Translations under genes and position numbers: made by a program | The notes under the pieces: model-generated | What the model saw: the letters and a program-made list of their open reading frames with translations, nothing else | Database searches by the model: none | Told to the model about the DNA's origin: nothing | Shown here: piece by piece, positions 9,078 through 18,375 of the stretch | How the letters are laid out: every line of letters begins with the position of its first letter | Numbering within the stretch: the stretch's first letter is position 1 | Assembly: GCA_965205015.1 (NCBI GenBank) | Contig: OZ242029.1 | Span: 864,001 to 928,000, forward strand | Reading direction: 5' to 3' | Origin: Candidatus Poribacteria bacterium | GTDB lineage: Bacteria; Poribacteria; WGA-4E; WGA-3G | Length of the DNA: 64,000 nt

Positions 9078-10304
9078 ATGTCAAAATACAATGTAGCCCT
9101 TATATTTGGCGGATGCACACCTGAACATGAAGTCTCAATCGTAACTGCACACCAAGTTTGTCTCGCCCTACAGGACTTTAGTGACGGATCAGGGGGGCAT
9201 CACGTTACCCCTATCTATGTCACAAAAAATGGCGAGTGGTTAACCGGCGATGCCCTTCGCGATTTGTCCACGTTTACCGACGGAAATCTGCCACATCCAA
9301 CCGACTTCGACAAAGTCAGCGTTGAATTTCATCCGAACCCGCAATTCGTTGTTACCACAAAACATTGGCTGGGTCAAAACATTCAGAAAAGAACTGTTCT
9401 TCCGGTAGATGTCGTCTTTCCAGCAATACACGGTATGCATGGCGAAGATGGAACGCTTCAAGGTTTACTTGAACTTATGAATCTCCCCTACGTTGGTGCG
9501 CGAGTCGTCGGCTCAGCTGTCGGTATGGATAAAATCATGATGAAGGCGATTCTCAGCGAAAATGAGCTGCCAATACTTCCCTATTTCTATTGGTCCAATT
9601 ATGACTGGGAGACGCGCCGTAACGAACTTATTAAAGCGGTGGAAGCATCGCTTTCTTACCCACTGTTTGTGAAACCTGCAATGAGCGGCTCAAGTATTGG
9701 GGTCAGCCACGTTAAAAATCAAGATGAACTTTGCGCTGCTGCGGAAGTTGCCGGACATTATTCGCGCAGAATTCTCATCGAAAAGGCGGTCAAGAATCCC
9801 CTCGAAATCAACTGTGCTGTAATGGGTACGGACGATCCCACCGCCTCTGTCTGCGAGCAACCTGTGACGCGGGAAACCAACTTTCTCAGCTTTGACGATA
9901 AATACATCCATCAAAATGGAGAATCTTCAGGAATGGCAGGTGCAGAAAGGAAAATTCCTGCACCCATTTCAGAAGAATTGACGTTACATATACAAAACCT
10001 GGCAATACAGACCTTTCAGGTTTTAGATTGCGCTGGTGTCGCACGTATCGACTTCCTCGTAGATGCAAACGAGAACGTTTATGTGAATGAAATCAACACC
10101 ATTCCCGGGTCATATAGTTACTACTTGTGGACGCATCAAGGCATTGCGTTTCCGCAACTCGTATCCGAACTCATCGATTTAGCATTTACGGCACATGCAC
10201 AGAAAAATGCGCTAACCTACACATATACGACGAACCTCCTAAGCCAAGCAGGAGCGAGTTTTGCCAAATTGAAGAAGGGTGACAAGTTCGGAGACACCGC
10301 GTAA
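9078..10304 (+). CDS. ddl: D-alanine--D-alanine ligase
   Basis: FGGxTPEHEVS, HGMHGEDGTLQG, MDK, VKPAMSGSSIGV, omega-loop DKY, RIDF, NEINTIPG. Confidence 0.9.
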   Translation: MSKYNVALIFGGCTPEHEVSIVTAHQVCLALQDFSDGSGGHHVTPIYVTKNGEWLTGDALRDLSTFTDGNLPHPTDFDKVSVEFHPNPQFVVTTKHWLGQNIQKRTVLPVDVVFPAIHGMHGEDGTLQGLLELMNLPYVGARVVGSAVGMDKIMMKAILSENELPILPYFYWSNYDWETRRNELIKAVEASLSYPLFVKPAMSGSSIGVSHVKNQDELCAAAEVAGHYSRRILIEKAVKNPLEINCAVMGTDDPTASVCEQPVTRETNFLSFDDKYIHQNGESSGMAGAERKIPAPISEELTLHIQNLAIQTFQVLDCAGVARIDFLVDANENVYVNEINTIPGSYSYYLWTHQGIAFPQLVSELIDLAFTAHAQKNALTYTYTTNLLSQAGASFAKLKKGDKFGDTA

Positions 10305-10400
10305 AACGGTTACCGGGTGTCAGGAGAGCGTGTGGCAGCTGCAATAGCTTTGAATACCATAAACTGCTCTTAACCGATAACTGACAACTGACAACTAAAA

Positions 10401-11504
10401 ATGTTTTACCATCTGTTCTATGAGAATCTCGTTGAAGTCTTTTCGCCATTCAACATTTTTCGCTATATCAGTATTCGAGCGATTTATGCAACGGCAACAT
10501 CACTGATTATCGCGCTTGTTTTGGGACCGTTCATGATAAATCGGCTCAAACAGCTTCGGATCGGCGAACATATACGCGCAGAGGGACCACAAGATCACCA
10601 AAGCAAAGCAGGGACGCCAACAATGGGCGGCGTGCTCATTATCGTTTCCGTCCTGATATCGGTAGTGTTCTGGTCGCGTTTGGATCAACCCTACATCTAC
10701 TTGATGATTCTAACAACACTCTGGTTCGGCGGGCTCGGATTCTTAGATGATTACAGTAAATTGGTAAAACAACAATCCTTAGGACTTCGAGGTTGGCATA
10801 AAATTGGACTTCAAACAGTAGGCGCGTTAGTGATTGCGGGTTATCTTTACCAATGGGGTCCCGCGCACACTGGAGATCTAACAACACGGACATCGCTGGC
10901 TCTCCCTTTTTTCAAAGATGTCCACCCAAACTTAGGTATCCTGTTTATCCCGCTCACAACGTTGGTCATCGTTGGAACCTCTAATGCCGTCAATCTTACG
11001 GATGGAATGGATGGATTAGCAATTGGATGCACCTTGTTTGTTGCGGGAACCTTAGGCATCGTCGGGTACATGACAAGTCACAGTGAGATTGCAGCGTACC
11101 TGAACATCTTTCATCTACCCGTCGGTGGAGAAGTCACAACAGTTTTCTGTGCAGCGTTAGTCGGGGCGGGTTTGGGATTTTTATGGTACAATGGGCATCC
11201 TGCCCAAGTCTTTATGGGAGACACCGGATCGATGGCACTCGGTGCCACACTTGGGACGGTGGCAGTGCTTATAAAGCAGGAATTTCTACTCCTGATCGTC
11301 GGTGCCATTTTCGTCGCTGAAACATTATCGGTCATCATCCAAGTCTGGTCATTCCGTACATTTGGTAAACGTGTGTTCAAAATGTCTCCGATCCATTATC
11401 ACTTCCTGCTCTCAGGGTGGAAAGAATCCAAAGTTGTCATCCGATTTTGGATCGTTGGGCTTATTTTGGTCTTAATAGCCTTAAGCACATTGAAACTTCG
11501 GTGA
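10401..11504 (+). CDS. mraY: Phospho-MurNAc-pentapeptide transferase
   Basis: KAGTPTMGG, GFLDD, SNAVNLTDGMDGLA, PAQVFMGDTGS, PIHYHF. Confidence 0.95.
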   Translation: MFYHLFYENLVEVFSPFNIFRYISIRAIYATATSLIIALVLGPFMINRLKQLRIGEHIRAEGPQDHQSKAGTPTMGGVLIIVSVLISVVFWSRLDQPYIYLMILTTLWFGGLGFLDDYSKLVKQQSLGLRGWHKIGLQTVGALVIAGYLYQWGPAHTGDLTTRTSLALPFFKDVHPNLGILFIPLTTLVIVGTSNAVNLTDGMDGLAIGCTLFVAGTLGIVGYMTSHSEIAAYLNIFHLPVGGEVTTVFCAALVGAGLGFLWYNGHPAQVFMGDTGSMALGATLGTVAVLIKQEFLLLIVGAIFVAETLSVIIQVWSFRTFGKRVFKMSPIHYHFLLSGWKESKVVIRFWIVGLILVLIALSTLKLR

Positions 11505-11572
11505 GGAGAATAGCAATCAGCAATCAGCCTCAGAAAAGATACCGTCGTTAACGCGGTCTTTGCCGATGCCTG

Positions 11573-13021
11573 ATGGCTAAGAAAAAAGTGCAATTACAAG
11601 GAAAGCGGGTTACAGTTTTTGGCTTGAATCGAAGCGGGATCGCTGCGGCGAAATTACTCTATTCACAGGGTGCCGTTGTTACGCTTACAGACACGCGTTC
11701 TCGTGAAGCACTCTCTGCAGAAATTGAGGCACTCAATGCGTCCTCAGACCCAAGCAAAGCACAGACTGTTAACGGTAGGCTTGCAGACACCTGCAGTCCG
11801 TATCGCACATATTTTAGTGGACACCCTCTGGAATGCATCACAGATGCAGATCTTATAGTGGTCTCTCCAGGTGTACCCCTTGATATCCCGATCCTGTGCA
11901 AGGCGCGGGCGCGAAACCTCCCAATCCTCGCAGAATTGGAGATTGCCGCGAGCGTATGTCCGGCAACTATTGTCGCCATCACTGGCACGAAAGGTAAATC
12001 AACAACGACACTCCTCACAGCTGCCATACTAAAATCCAGTGGTAGATTTCCAAACGTTCGTGTTGCTGGCAATATCGGCGTCCCATTGGCAGCAGAGGTT
12101 CAAAACCTGACACGTCGAGATATAGTCGTTGTTGAAGCAAGCAGTTTTCAGTTGGAGAGTACCGTAACGTTTCATCCGAAAGTTAGCGTTGTGCTTAATT
12201 TATCTCGCGACCATTTAGACAGACATGGAACAATGTCCTCTTATCGCGAGGCAAAACAGAAAATCTCTGACAATCAGACAACTACAGATTGGATAGTCCT
12301 CAACGCCTCAGATGCATCTGTCAAGGATTTCGCAGTATCAACATCGGCGGAAGCGGTCTATTTCACAGATAAAGGGCTTCCCGAGAATTCGTCGTTCTCC
12401 GGAACATTTAGAGAGGGTGCGGAACTTTTCGTCCAGCGGAATGGGACACGTGAAAAAATATGTGACATCGTGGACCTTCCACTCCCAGGAGCACACAATG
12501 TACAGAACGTCCTCGCTGCTATCGCCGTAGGACGCATCTTTGGTGTAACAGGAACAGAAATCCGAGAAGCACTTCAAGGTTTCGATCGGTCGCATCCCGC
12601 TTTATTCCATGCTTTTGAGTTGGTGCGAACCGTAGAAGGCGTTCGGTTTATAAATGACTCAAAAGCGACAAACGTGGCGGCAGTCAAAGCAGCTCTTGAA
12701 TCATTAGCAGATGCTCAAGTTCTACTGATAATGGGAGGGTATGATAAAGGCAACGACTACACACCTTTGCGTGAAATTGTTCAAACGCAGGTTAAAGGGG
12801 CAATAATGCTCGGAGAGTATACCCAAGACATTGAAAAGACGCTCGCCAATACCACGAAAATAATGAAAGCGAAAACAATGGCAGAGGCTGTGCAGGTGGC
12901 ATATAAACACGCGGCACCGGGCGATGTCGTGCTGCTGTCTCCGGCAAATGCCAGTTTTGACATGTATTCCGATTATAAAGCAAGAGGCACTGACTTTAAA
13001 AAAGCAGTTGATGCACTTTAA
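11573..13021 (+). CDS. murD: UDP-MurNAc-L-Ala:D-Glu ligase
   Basis: SPGVP, ITGTKGKSTT, GNIG, SSFQLE, DHLDRH, NDSKATN, GGYDKG, LLSPANASFDMY. Confidence 0.95.
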   Translation: MAKKKVQLQGKRVTVFGLNRSGIAAAKLLYSQGAVVTLTDTRSREALSAEIEALNASSDPSKAQTVNGRLADTCSPYRTYFSGHPLECITDADLIVVSPGVPLDIPILCKARARNLPILAELEIAASVCPATIVAITGTKGKSTTTLLTAAILKSSGRFPNVRVAGNIGVPLAAEVQNLTRRDIVVVEASSFQLESTVTFHPKVSVVLNLSRDHLDRHGTMSSYREAKQKISDNQTTTDWIVLNASDASVKDFAVSTSAEAVYFTDKGLPENSSFSGTFREGAELFVQRNGTREKICDIVDLPLPGAHNVQNVLAAIAVGRIFGVTGTEIREALQGFDRSHPALFHAFELVRTVEGVRFINDSKATNVAAVKAALESLADAQVLLIMGGYDKGNDYTPLREIVQTQVKGAIMLGEYTQDIEKTLANTTKIMKAKTMAEAVQVAYKHAAPGDVVLLSPANASFDMYSDYKARGTDFKKAVDAL

Positions 13022-13070
13022 CCCCAAAGTCGTCGGCACACGCCGTGTGTCGTTATAACAGTATGAAAAA

Positions 13071-14339
13071 ATGGCACGCAACTACCAAAACTCTACCCAT
13101 AGCAATAGGAACCGCAAATCCAAGCCTAAATCTGGGTTCAAATGGACAAACACGCGCGTCTATTCCGTTGTAGAGGAGCAGCAGAAACAAGCAGCGCCCG
13201 CTCCCCCTCCGCAAAGATTCGGGCGAATGGATAGAGGGTTGATCGCTCTTACACTCTGCCTCATCGCAATAGGCATTCTGATGGTATACAGCGCAAGCCA
13301 TCTCTTATCTTCAAGACACTATGACGGTTATAGTTACCGCTATCTACAGATACACATCGTTGCCTGTGCGATTGGCTTAGTGGGTATGTTTTTTACTTCC
13401 CATCTACCTTACAGATTTTATGCAAGGTTCGCAAATCTCTTTTTGATACTCGCCTTTATAGGGTTATTATTGGTTTTCGTGCCAGGTTTAGGCGCAAGCG
13501 TACAAGGGGCAGAAGGCGGTAGATTTAGACGCTGGATCCGGATTGCGAATCTACCGATCCATTTTCAGCCCGTGGAATTTGCGAAAATAGCGTTGGTTAT
13601 ACATGTGGCGAATTTCATCAGTCGTAACCCAGAACGGGTCAAGAGTTTTTTCAACGGGGTACTGCCGAATATCTTAATTGTAGGTGCCGCTTTTGGTCTC
13701 GTGTACATCCAACCGGATTTCGGTTCAGCGGCCCTACTCGTTCTAACCGTCTGTATCGTGCTATTTGTCGGTGGTATGCGTATCTGGCAGGTGTTAGCAC
13801 TTGGGGGGGCAGGTGTAGGGCTTTTCGGTCTGTTGATAATTCGGGATTCCTATAAACTCAAACGGCTCATGGATTATTTGGCAATGTTGAAATCTCCGGA
13901 TGCAACGAACTATCAGTTAACACGATCGCTGGACGCCCTCGAAAGTGGTGGACTGCTCGGTTTAGGGATCGATAGCAGCCTTCAGAAAATATCGCGTCTC
14001 CCCTATCCACACACAGATTTTATTTTCGCAGTGTTAGGTGAGGAATTCGGATTTATCGGGGCTGTGACTGTGACGTTTATTTTCATGCTTTTTATATGGC
14101 GAGGACTCCACATTGCCCGACACGCCAGTGATCTATTCGCCTCTTTGCTCGCCATCGGAATTACAACACTCATCGGCTTACAGACATTCATTAACATCGG
14201 TGTTGTAACAGGTTTACTGCCGACAAAAGGGATCACATTGCCGTTTATCAGTTATGGGGGTTCATCAATCGTTCTGAGCTTGGTAAGCGTCGGGATCCTT
14301 TTGAATGTATCACGGAGCAGCAGTAAAAACGTAGATTGA
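13071..14339 (+). CDS. ftsW: SEDS peptidoglycan glycosyltransferase
   Basis: MVYSAS, RRWI, QPVEFAK, QPDFGS, LPYPHTDFIFAVLGEEFG, PTKGITLPFISYGGSS. Confidence 0.95.
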   Translation: MARNYQNSTHSNRNRKSKPKSGFKWTNTRVYSVVEEQQKQAAPAPPPQRFGRMDRGLIALTLCLIAIGILMVYSASHLLSSRHYDGYSYRYLQIHIVACAIGLVGMFFTSHLPYRFYARFANLFLILAFIGLLLVFVPGLGASVQGAEGGRFRRWIRIANLPIHFQPVEFAKIALVIHVANFISRNPERVKSFFNGVLPNILIVGAAFGLVYIQPDFGSAALLVLTVCIVLFVGGMRIWQVLALGGAGVGLFGLLIIRDSYKLKRLMDYLAMLKSPDATNYQLTRSLDALESGGLLGLGIDSSLQKISRLPYPHTDFIFAVLGEEFGFIGAVTVTFIFMLFIWRGLHIARHASDLFASLLAIGITTLIGLQTFINIGVVTGLLPTKGITLPFISYGGSSIVLSLVSVGILLNVSRSSSKNVD

Positions 14340-14377
14340 TATCAAACCGATAAAACAGAACACCAGGTCTGAAACGT

Positions 14378-14405
14378 GGTAGGGGCTGGGTAACCCAGCC
14401 CCTAC
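14378..14405. repeat. GTAG-type REP-like palindrome
   Basis: GTAGGGGCTGGG-TA-ACCCAGCCCCTAC near-perfect hairpin. Related hairpins at about 2344-2375, 23695-23718 and 32668-32713. Confidence 0.65.
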
Positions 14406-14423
14406 AGAAGGCAGCGCTACGAA

Positions 14424-15656
14424 ATGGAACATGAAATTCAAGCAACCGACGACCGTAGCTTATCGGCACTGAAACGGCGTGCGACAGAAAAAAGAATCAT
14501 TATTGCGGGCGGCGGGACAGGCGGGCATATCTATCCCGCTATTGGTATCGCCCAAGCACTGCAACGCTTAGATGCTGCCGTCGACATTGCATTCATTGGC
14601 GGTGCGGACAAGTTGGAAGCAACGCTTGTACCACAACACGGATTCCGTTTCCTGCCTATTTCGGTTGCGGGGCTTCCGCGTCGCCTCACTTTACAGTGGC
14701 TACCAACCCTTTGGAAGGCGTCTCATGGACTTATTCAGTCATTACGATATATGAAGGCGTTGAAACCAGACATTGTTATAGGAACGGGCGGATATGTTTC
14801 GGGTCCGGTTCTGTTAGCCGGTCTTCTGTGCCGGATTCCAATTGCGATCCAAGAACAAAATGCTTCTGTTGGCTTAACGAACAGTATATTGGCACGATGG
14901 GCGGATGCCGCCTACCTTGCCATGGAATCGGTTCGCGAGCACAATTCGTTCCGACGCACCACACGCATAGAGATTACAGGAAATCCGATTCGTCCTGCAA
15001 TTGCTGCATTCCCGAGGTGCGAAGAAACCTATAGAAGATTCGGGTTGTACCCAGAGCGAAAAACTATTTTTGTGATGGGGGGAAGCCAAGGAGCTCACGC
15101 TATCAATGAAGCGATTGTTGCTGCGCTGCCACACTTCGTCGAATATGCCGATCAAATCCAGATAGTTCATCAAACGGGGGCAATGGAAGTAGACAAGGTT
15201 CAAGACGCGTATGATCGGATCCTCGCGCCGCATCGAACCGCCAACTCGACTCCCAGACAAGACAGCAAAGCACGAGTTGGAGGTTCGGGATTCCTATACT
15301 GTGTCAAACCTTTCTTTGAGACTGTTGAAGAAATCTATAGCATCGCGGACATCATGGTGTGCAGAGCAGGCGGAATGACGATTGCTGAGGTCACTGCATG
15401 CGGCATCCCGGCAATCTTTATACCCTTACCCTCGCAAACCGGAAATAATCAGGTACTAAACGCTCACACCGTTGCAGAAGCAGGCGCGGCTGTTGTCCTT
15501 GAACAAGGCACTTTCACAGTAGAGACATTGGTTAAAAACCTAACGAATATGATCTTGGACGAAAATAGACACGAACGAATGGTAACCGCAAGTCGAGCAC
15601 TTGGCAAACCAAATGCCAGCGATGACATTGCCAAGTCGATTTTTTTAATTTTTTAA
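14424..15656 (+). CDS. murG: Lipid II GlcNAc transferase
   Basis: GGGTGGHIYP, GTGGYVSGP, QEQN, GNPIR, GGSQGA, RAGGMT. True start may be slightly downstream. Confidence 0.95.
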   Translation: MEHEIQATDDRSLSALKRRATEKRIIIAGGGTGGHIYPAIGIAQALQRLDAAVDIAFIGGADKLEATLVPQHGFRFLPISVAGLPRRLTLQWLPTLWKASHGLIQSLRYMKALKPDIVIGTGGYVSGPVLLAGLLCRIPIAIQEQNASVGLTNSILARWADAAYLAMESVREHNSFRRTTRIEITGNPIRPAIAAFPRCEETYRRFGLYPERKTIFVMGGSQGAHAINEAIVAALPHFVEYADQIQIVHQTGAMEVDKVQDAYDRILAPHRTANSTPRQDSKARVGGSGFLYCVKPFFETVEEIYSIADIMVCRAGGMTIAEVTACGIPAIFIPLPSQTGNNQVLNAHTVAEAGAAVVLEQGTFTVETLVKNLTNMILDENRHERMVTASRALGKPNASDDIAKSIFLIF

Positions 15657-15848
15657 TTTTACCTTGCGGAGAAATAACGGACGTTATAACTATCGGATGC
15701 GTTCCTTAAATCCGCCCTCCATTACATTACGGGCTACAGTTCGAAAATTAACTTAAGACAGCAGCCTGCAACAACGGCGCAGGCGGATTTGAGAAAAAAC
15801 CGTCAATAAACCAATTGCCTGATTTAACGCCTTGCGAATAATTAAAAA
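15651..15848. repeat. ~200-bp intergenic repeat / MITE-like element
   Basis: Begins TTTTAATTTTACCTTGCGG, the reverse complement of CCGCAAGGTAAAATTAAAA near 56980 and a near match to 2953-2971. Contains AAATCCGCCCTCCATTACATTACGGGCTA, shared with 56831-56936. Confidence 0.6.
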
Positions 15849-17213
15849 ATGTTTGGAAAAACACGACATATCCATATTATCGGCATCGGTGGCGCTGGCT
15901 TAAGCGGCATCACTGAAATCCTGCTGGACCTCGGATTCCACGTAACAGGCTCCGATATCCGCAAGTCATATACGACGGAACACCTGCGTGGACGCGGAGC
16001 AACCATCTATTATGAGCATGCAGCATCACACATACAGGGTGCTGATGTCGTCGTTATGTCTCCGGCTATTCCACCTGATAATCCAGAACTTCTCGCTGCA
16101 GAAACGCAAAAAATTCCAATCGTCAGAGGCGCAGAGATGCTAAATGAAATTACGCGCATGCGCTATAGCGTGGCTGTCAGCGGAACACATGGAAAAACAA
16201 CGACAACCGCCATGACTGCGACAGTCCTTGCCAGTCTTGATCCAACGGTCGTTGTAGGTGGGAAACTTATGAATGGCAGCCATGCTCGAAGCGGCGAAGG
16301 TGACGTTATGGTCGTCGAAGCGGACGAGGCATATGGCTCTATTGAGATGTTTTATCCCACTGTTGCTGTTGTTACGTCAGTCGATGCCGACCATCTGGAT
16401 TATTACAATAGCGTTGATGAGATTGGTGAAACTTTCCTCAAATTTATCAATAAGGTCCCGTTTTATGGCATCGCAGTTCTCTGCTTAGATGCTGAAAATA
16501 TTCAGAGGTTTATCCCGCGGATTAAAAAGCGTTATATTACTTATGGACTCGAAACGCGAGCGGATTTGACGGCTGAAGGCATTACTGTAGAAGGTCCGAC
16601 CTCTCGGTACCGAGTTCGCAAAAATGGACACCTCTATGGCGAAATTCACCTTAAAATGCCGGGGCGCCATAATATTTCTAACTCTTTGGCAGCGATAGCC
16701 GTTGGACTTGAACTTGATATTCCGTTCGATCAAATCCGGGAGCGACTTGAGTCATTTCAGGGAGTCCACCGCCGATTTGAAATACTTGGTGAAGCCAACA
16801 ACATTATTGTCGTTGACGATTACGCACATAATCCAGCGAAGTTGAAAGCCGCATTGAGCGGGGCGCGCGACGGTTATACACGTCGTATCGTCGCCGTCTT
16901 TCAACCGCATCGATACCAGCGTGTCAGAGATTTAGCAGATGAGTTTTCTCGCGCTTTCTATCAAGCAGATGTCCTCATTGTTACCTCAATCTATGGGGCT
17001 GGTGAGGAACCTATTGAAAACGTTACGGCTGAAAAACTGGTAGAAGCGATACAATCACACGGACATCGTCAGGTCTTCTATGTACCAGACGCAGATAAAA
17101 TTACAGATGTTTTGATGAAAATAACACAACCAGAAGATATCGTCATTACGCTGGGCGCCGGAGACATCAGTAAAGTAGGACATGAGTTCCTAAAGAGACT
17201 TCAGGCAGAATAG
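15849..17213 (+). CDS. murC: UDP-MurNAc:L-Ala ligase
   Basis: IGIGGAGLSG, GSD, GTHGKTTTT, EADE, DHLDYY, DDYAHNP, FQPHRY, LGAGDI. Confidence 0.95.
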   Translation: MFGKTRHIHIIGIGGAGLSGITEILLDLGFHVTGSDIRKSYTTEHLRGRGATIYYEHAASHIQGADVVVMSPAIPPDNPELLAAETQKIPIVRGAEMLNEITRMRYSVAVSGTHGKTTTTAMTATVLASLDPTVVVGGKLMNGSHARSGEGDVMVVEADEAYGSIEMFYPTVAVVTSVDADHLDYYNSVDEIGETFLKFINKVPFYGIAVLCLDAENIQRFIPRIKKRYITYGLETRADLTAEGITVEGPTSRYRVRKNGHLYGEIHLKMPGRHNISNSLAAIAVGLELDIPFDQIRERLESFQGVHRRFEILGEANNIIVVDDYAHNPAKLKAALSGARDGYTRRIVAVFQPHRYQRVRDLADEFSRAFYQADVLIVTSIYGAGEEPIENVTAEKLVEAIQSHGHRQVFYVPDADKITDVLMKITQPEDIVITLGAGDISKVGHEFLKRLQAE

Positions 17214-17286
17214 CCATCAGAGGTCAGTGCTCCGTCAGACAACCTCTTTGCCGAAAACCGATGGCTGATAACTGAAAGCCATTAGG

Positions 17287-18312
17287 ATGTGGATTCAATT
17301 GACTGCAAATCAACGACTCACCCTTATAGGTACAAGAGAAGCCGGAAGAAGGTCTTCGGTCTTTGGGAAAAAAAAGCGTAATGAATACACCCGGCAGACT
17401 TCAATGCCTGCGCAACGGCTTGGTAAACACCCCAACGCCAAAATATACATGTGGCGGCGTATCATTCTCGTCATCGCGGTTCTGGTTACTTTATCGTTCG
17501 CAGGAAAAATAGTTCTCGGTTTTTTTAGTGCCGAATACGTTTCACTTGAAGTTTCAGGGAATATGCACTATACTGATGTACAAATCTATGATGTATTAGG
17601 TGAGAAGTTAGAAAATATCGTCACAGATTCCGAAGAACAAACAGCTGACTACCTAAAGGAAAGTTTAAGTTACATTAGAGAAGCACACGTCGTTAAACAT
17701 GTAATGAAGCGGGTACTCACCATCGAAGTCACTGAACGTGAGCCTTTCGCTCTCCTGAGGTTCAGTAACGCTTCGCAAGCGGATATACCGAAGGTACAAA
17801 CATTAGGGAATCAACCATCTGTCGTAAGCGCGTTACGCAATGGTGATATTTCGTTTTTTCTGGTAGATAGTGAAGGACATGTGTTAAAAAATATAGAGGT
17901 TAGAGAAACAGGTCAATGGAGATCCGAAGGACTTGAAGAAATGGTCATACTTCCGGTAGTAAGTAATGAACTACCGAGAATTGGTACTCCCTTTCAAAGC
18001 AGCGAGGTTAAATTAGGATTAGAGATTTTAAAGACTGCCTTACTTCAGGAACCAGCACTTGCGGCACAAATACAGATTATTGATGCAAGTGACTTCCAAA
18101 AAATTAAACTACAGATTGATGCCCTGCCTATACCAATATGGCTCGCTGGAGATGCCATTGAATCCGGGCTTCATCACACCGCCCTGCTTTTAAAACAGCA
18201 AAAAACTCGGATCCTTGAACTTATTGGTGAGATTCCGAGTGCAAGAAAGCCATATCTTGACGTAAGGTACCAAGACACACTCTACTTGGGGGGGTACACC
18301 GCAGGCAAGTAG
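17287..18312 (+). CDS. ftsQ: Cell division protein FtsQ/DivIB (divergent)
   Basis: Single TM, POTRA-like EVSGN...IEVTEREPFA, LVDSEG, C-terminal YLDVRY. Lies before ftsA. Confidence 0.75.
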   Translation: MWIQLTANQRLTLIGTREAGRRSSVFGKKKRNEYTRQTSMPAQRLGKHPNAKIYMWRRIILVIAVLVTLSFAGKIVLGFFSAEYVSLEVSGNMHYTDVQIYDVLGEKLENIVTDSEEQTADYLKESLSYIREAHVVKHVMKRVLTIEVTEREPFALLRFSNASQADIPKVQTLGNQPSVVSALRNGDISFFLVDSEGHVLKNIEVRETGQWRSEGLEEMVILPVVSNELPRIGTPFQSSEVKLGLEILKTALLQEPALAAQIQIIDASDFQKIKLQIDALPIPIWLAGDAIESGLHHTALLLKQQKTRILELIGEIPSARKPYLDVRYQDTLYLGGYTAGK

Positions 18313-18375
18313 CTCTATCCTTATAGCACCTAACGGTTTCTCTTGATATTTGAAGAAGGAGGTGAAAATATTTAA

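Noticed and set aside
9078-10304. Ddl as a D-Ala-D-Lac (vancomycin-resistance) ligase
   Set aside because: The omega loop reads DKY (Tyr, D-Ala-D-Ala type), and there are no vanH/vanX-like neighbours.
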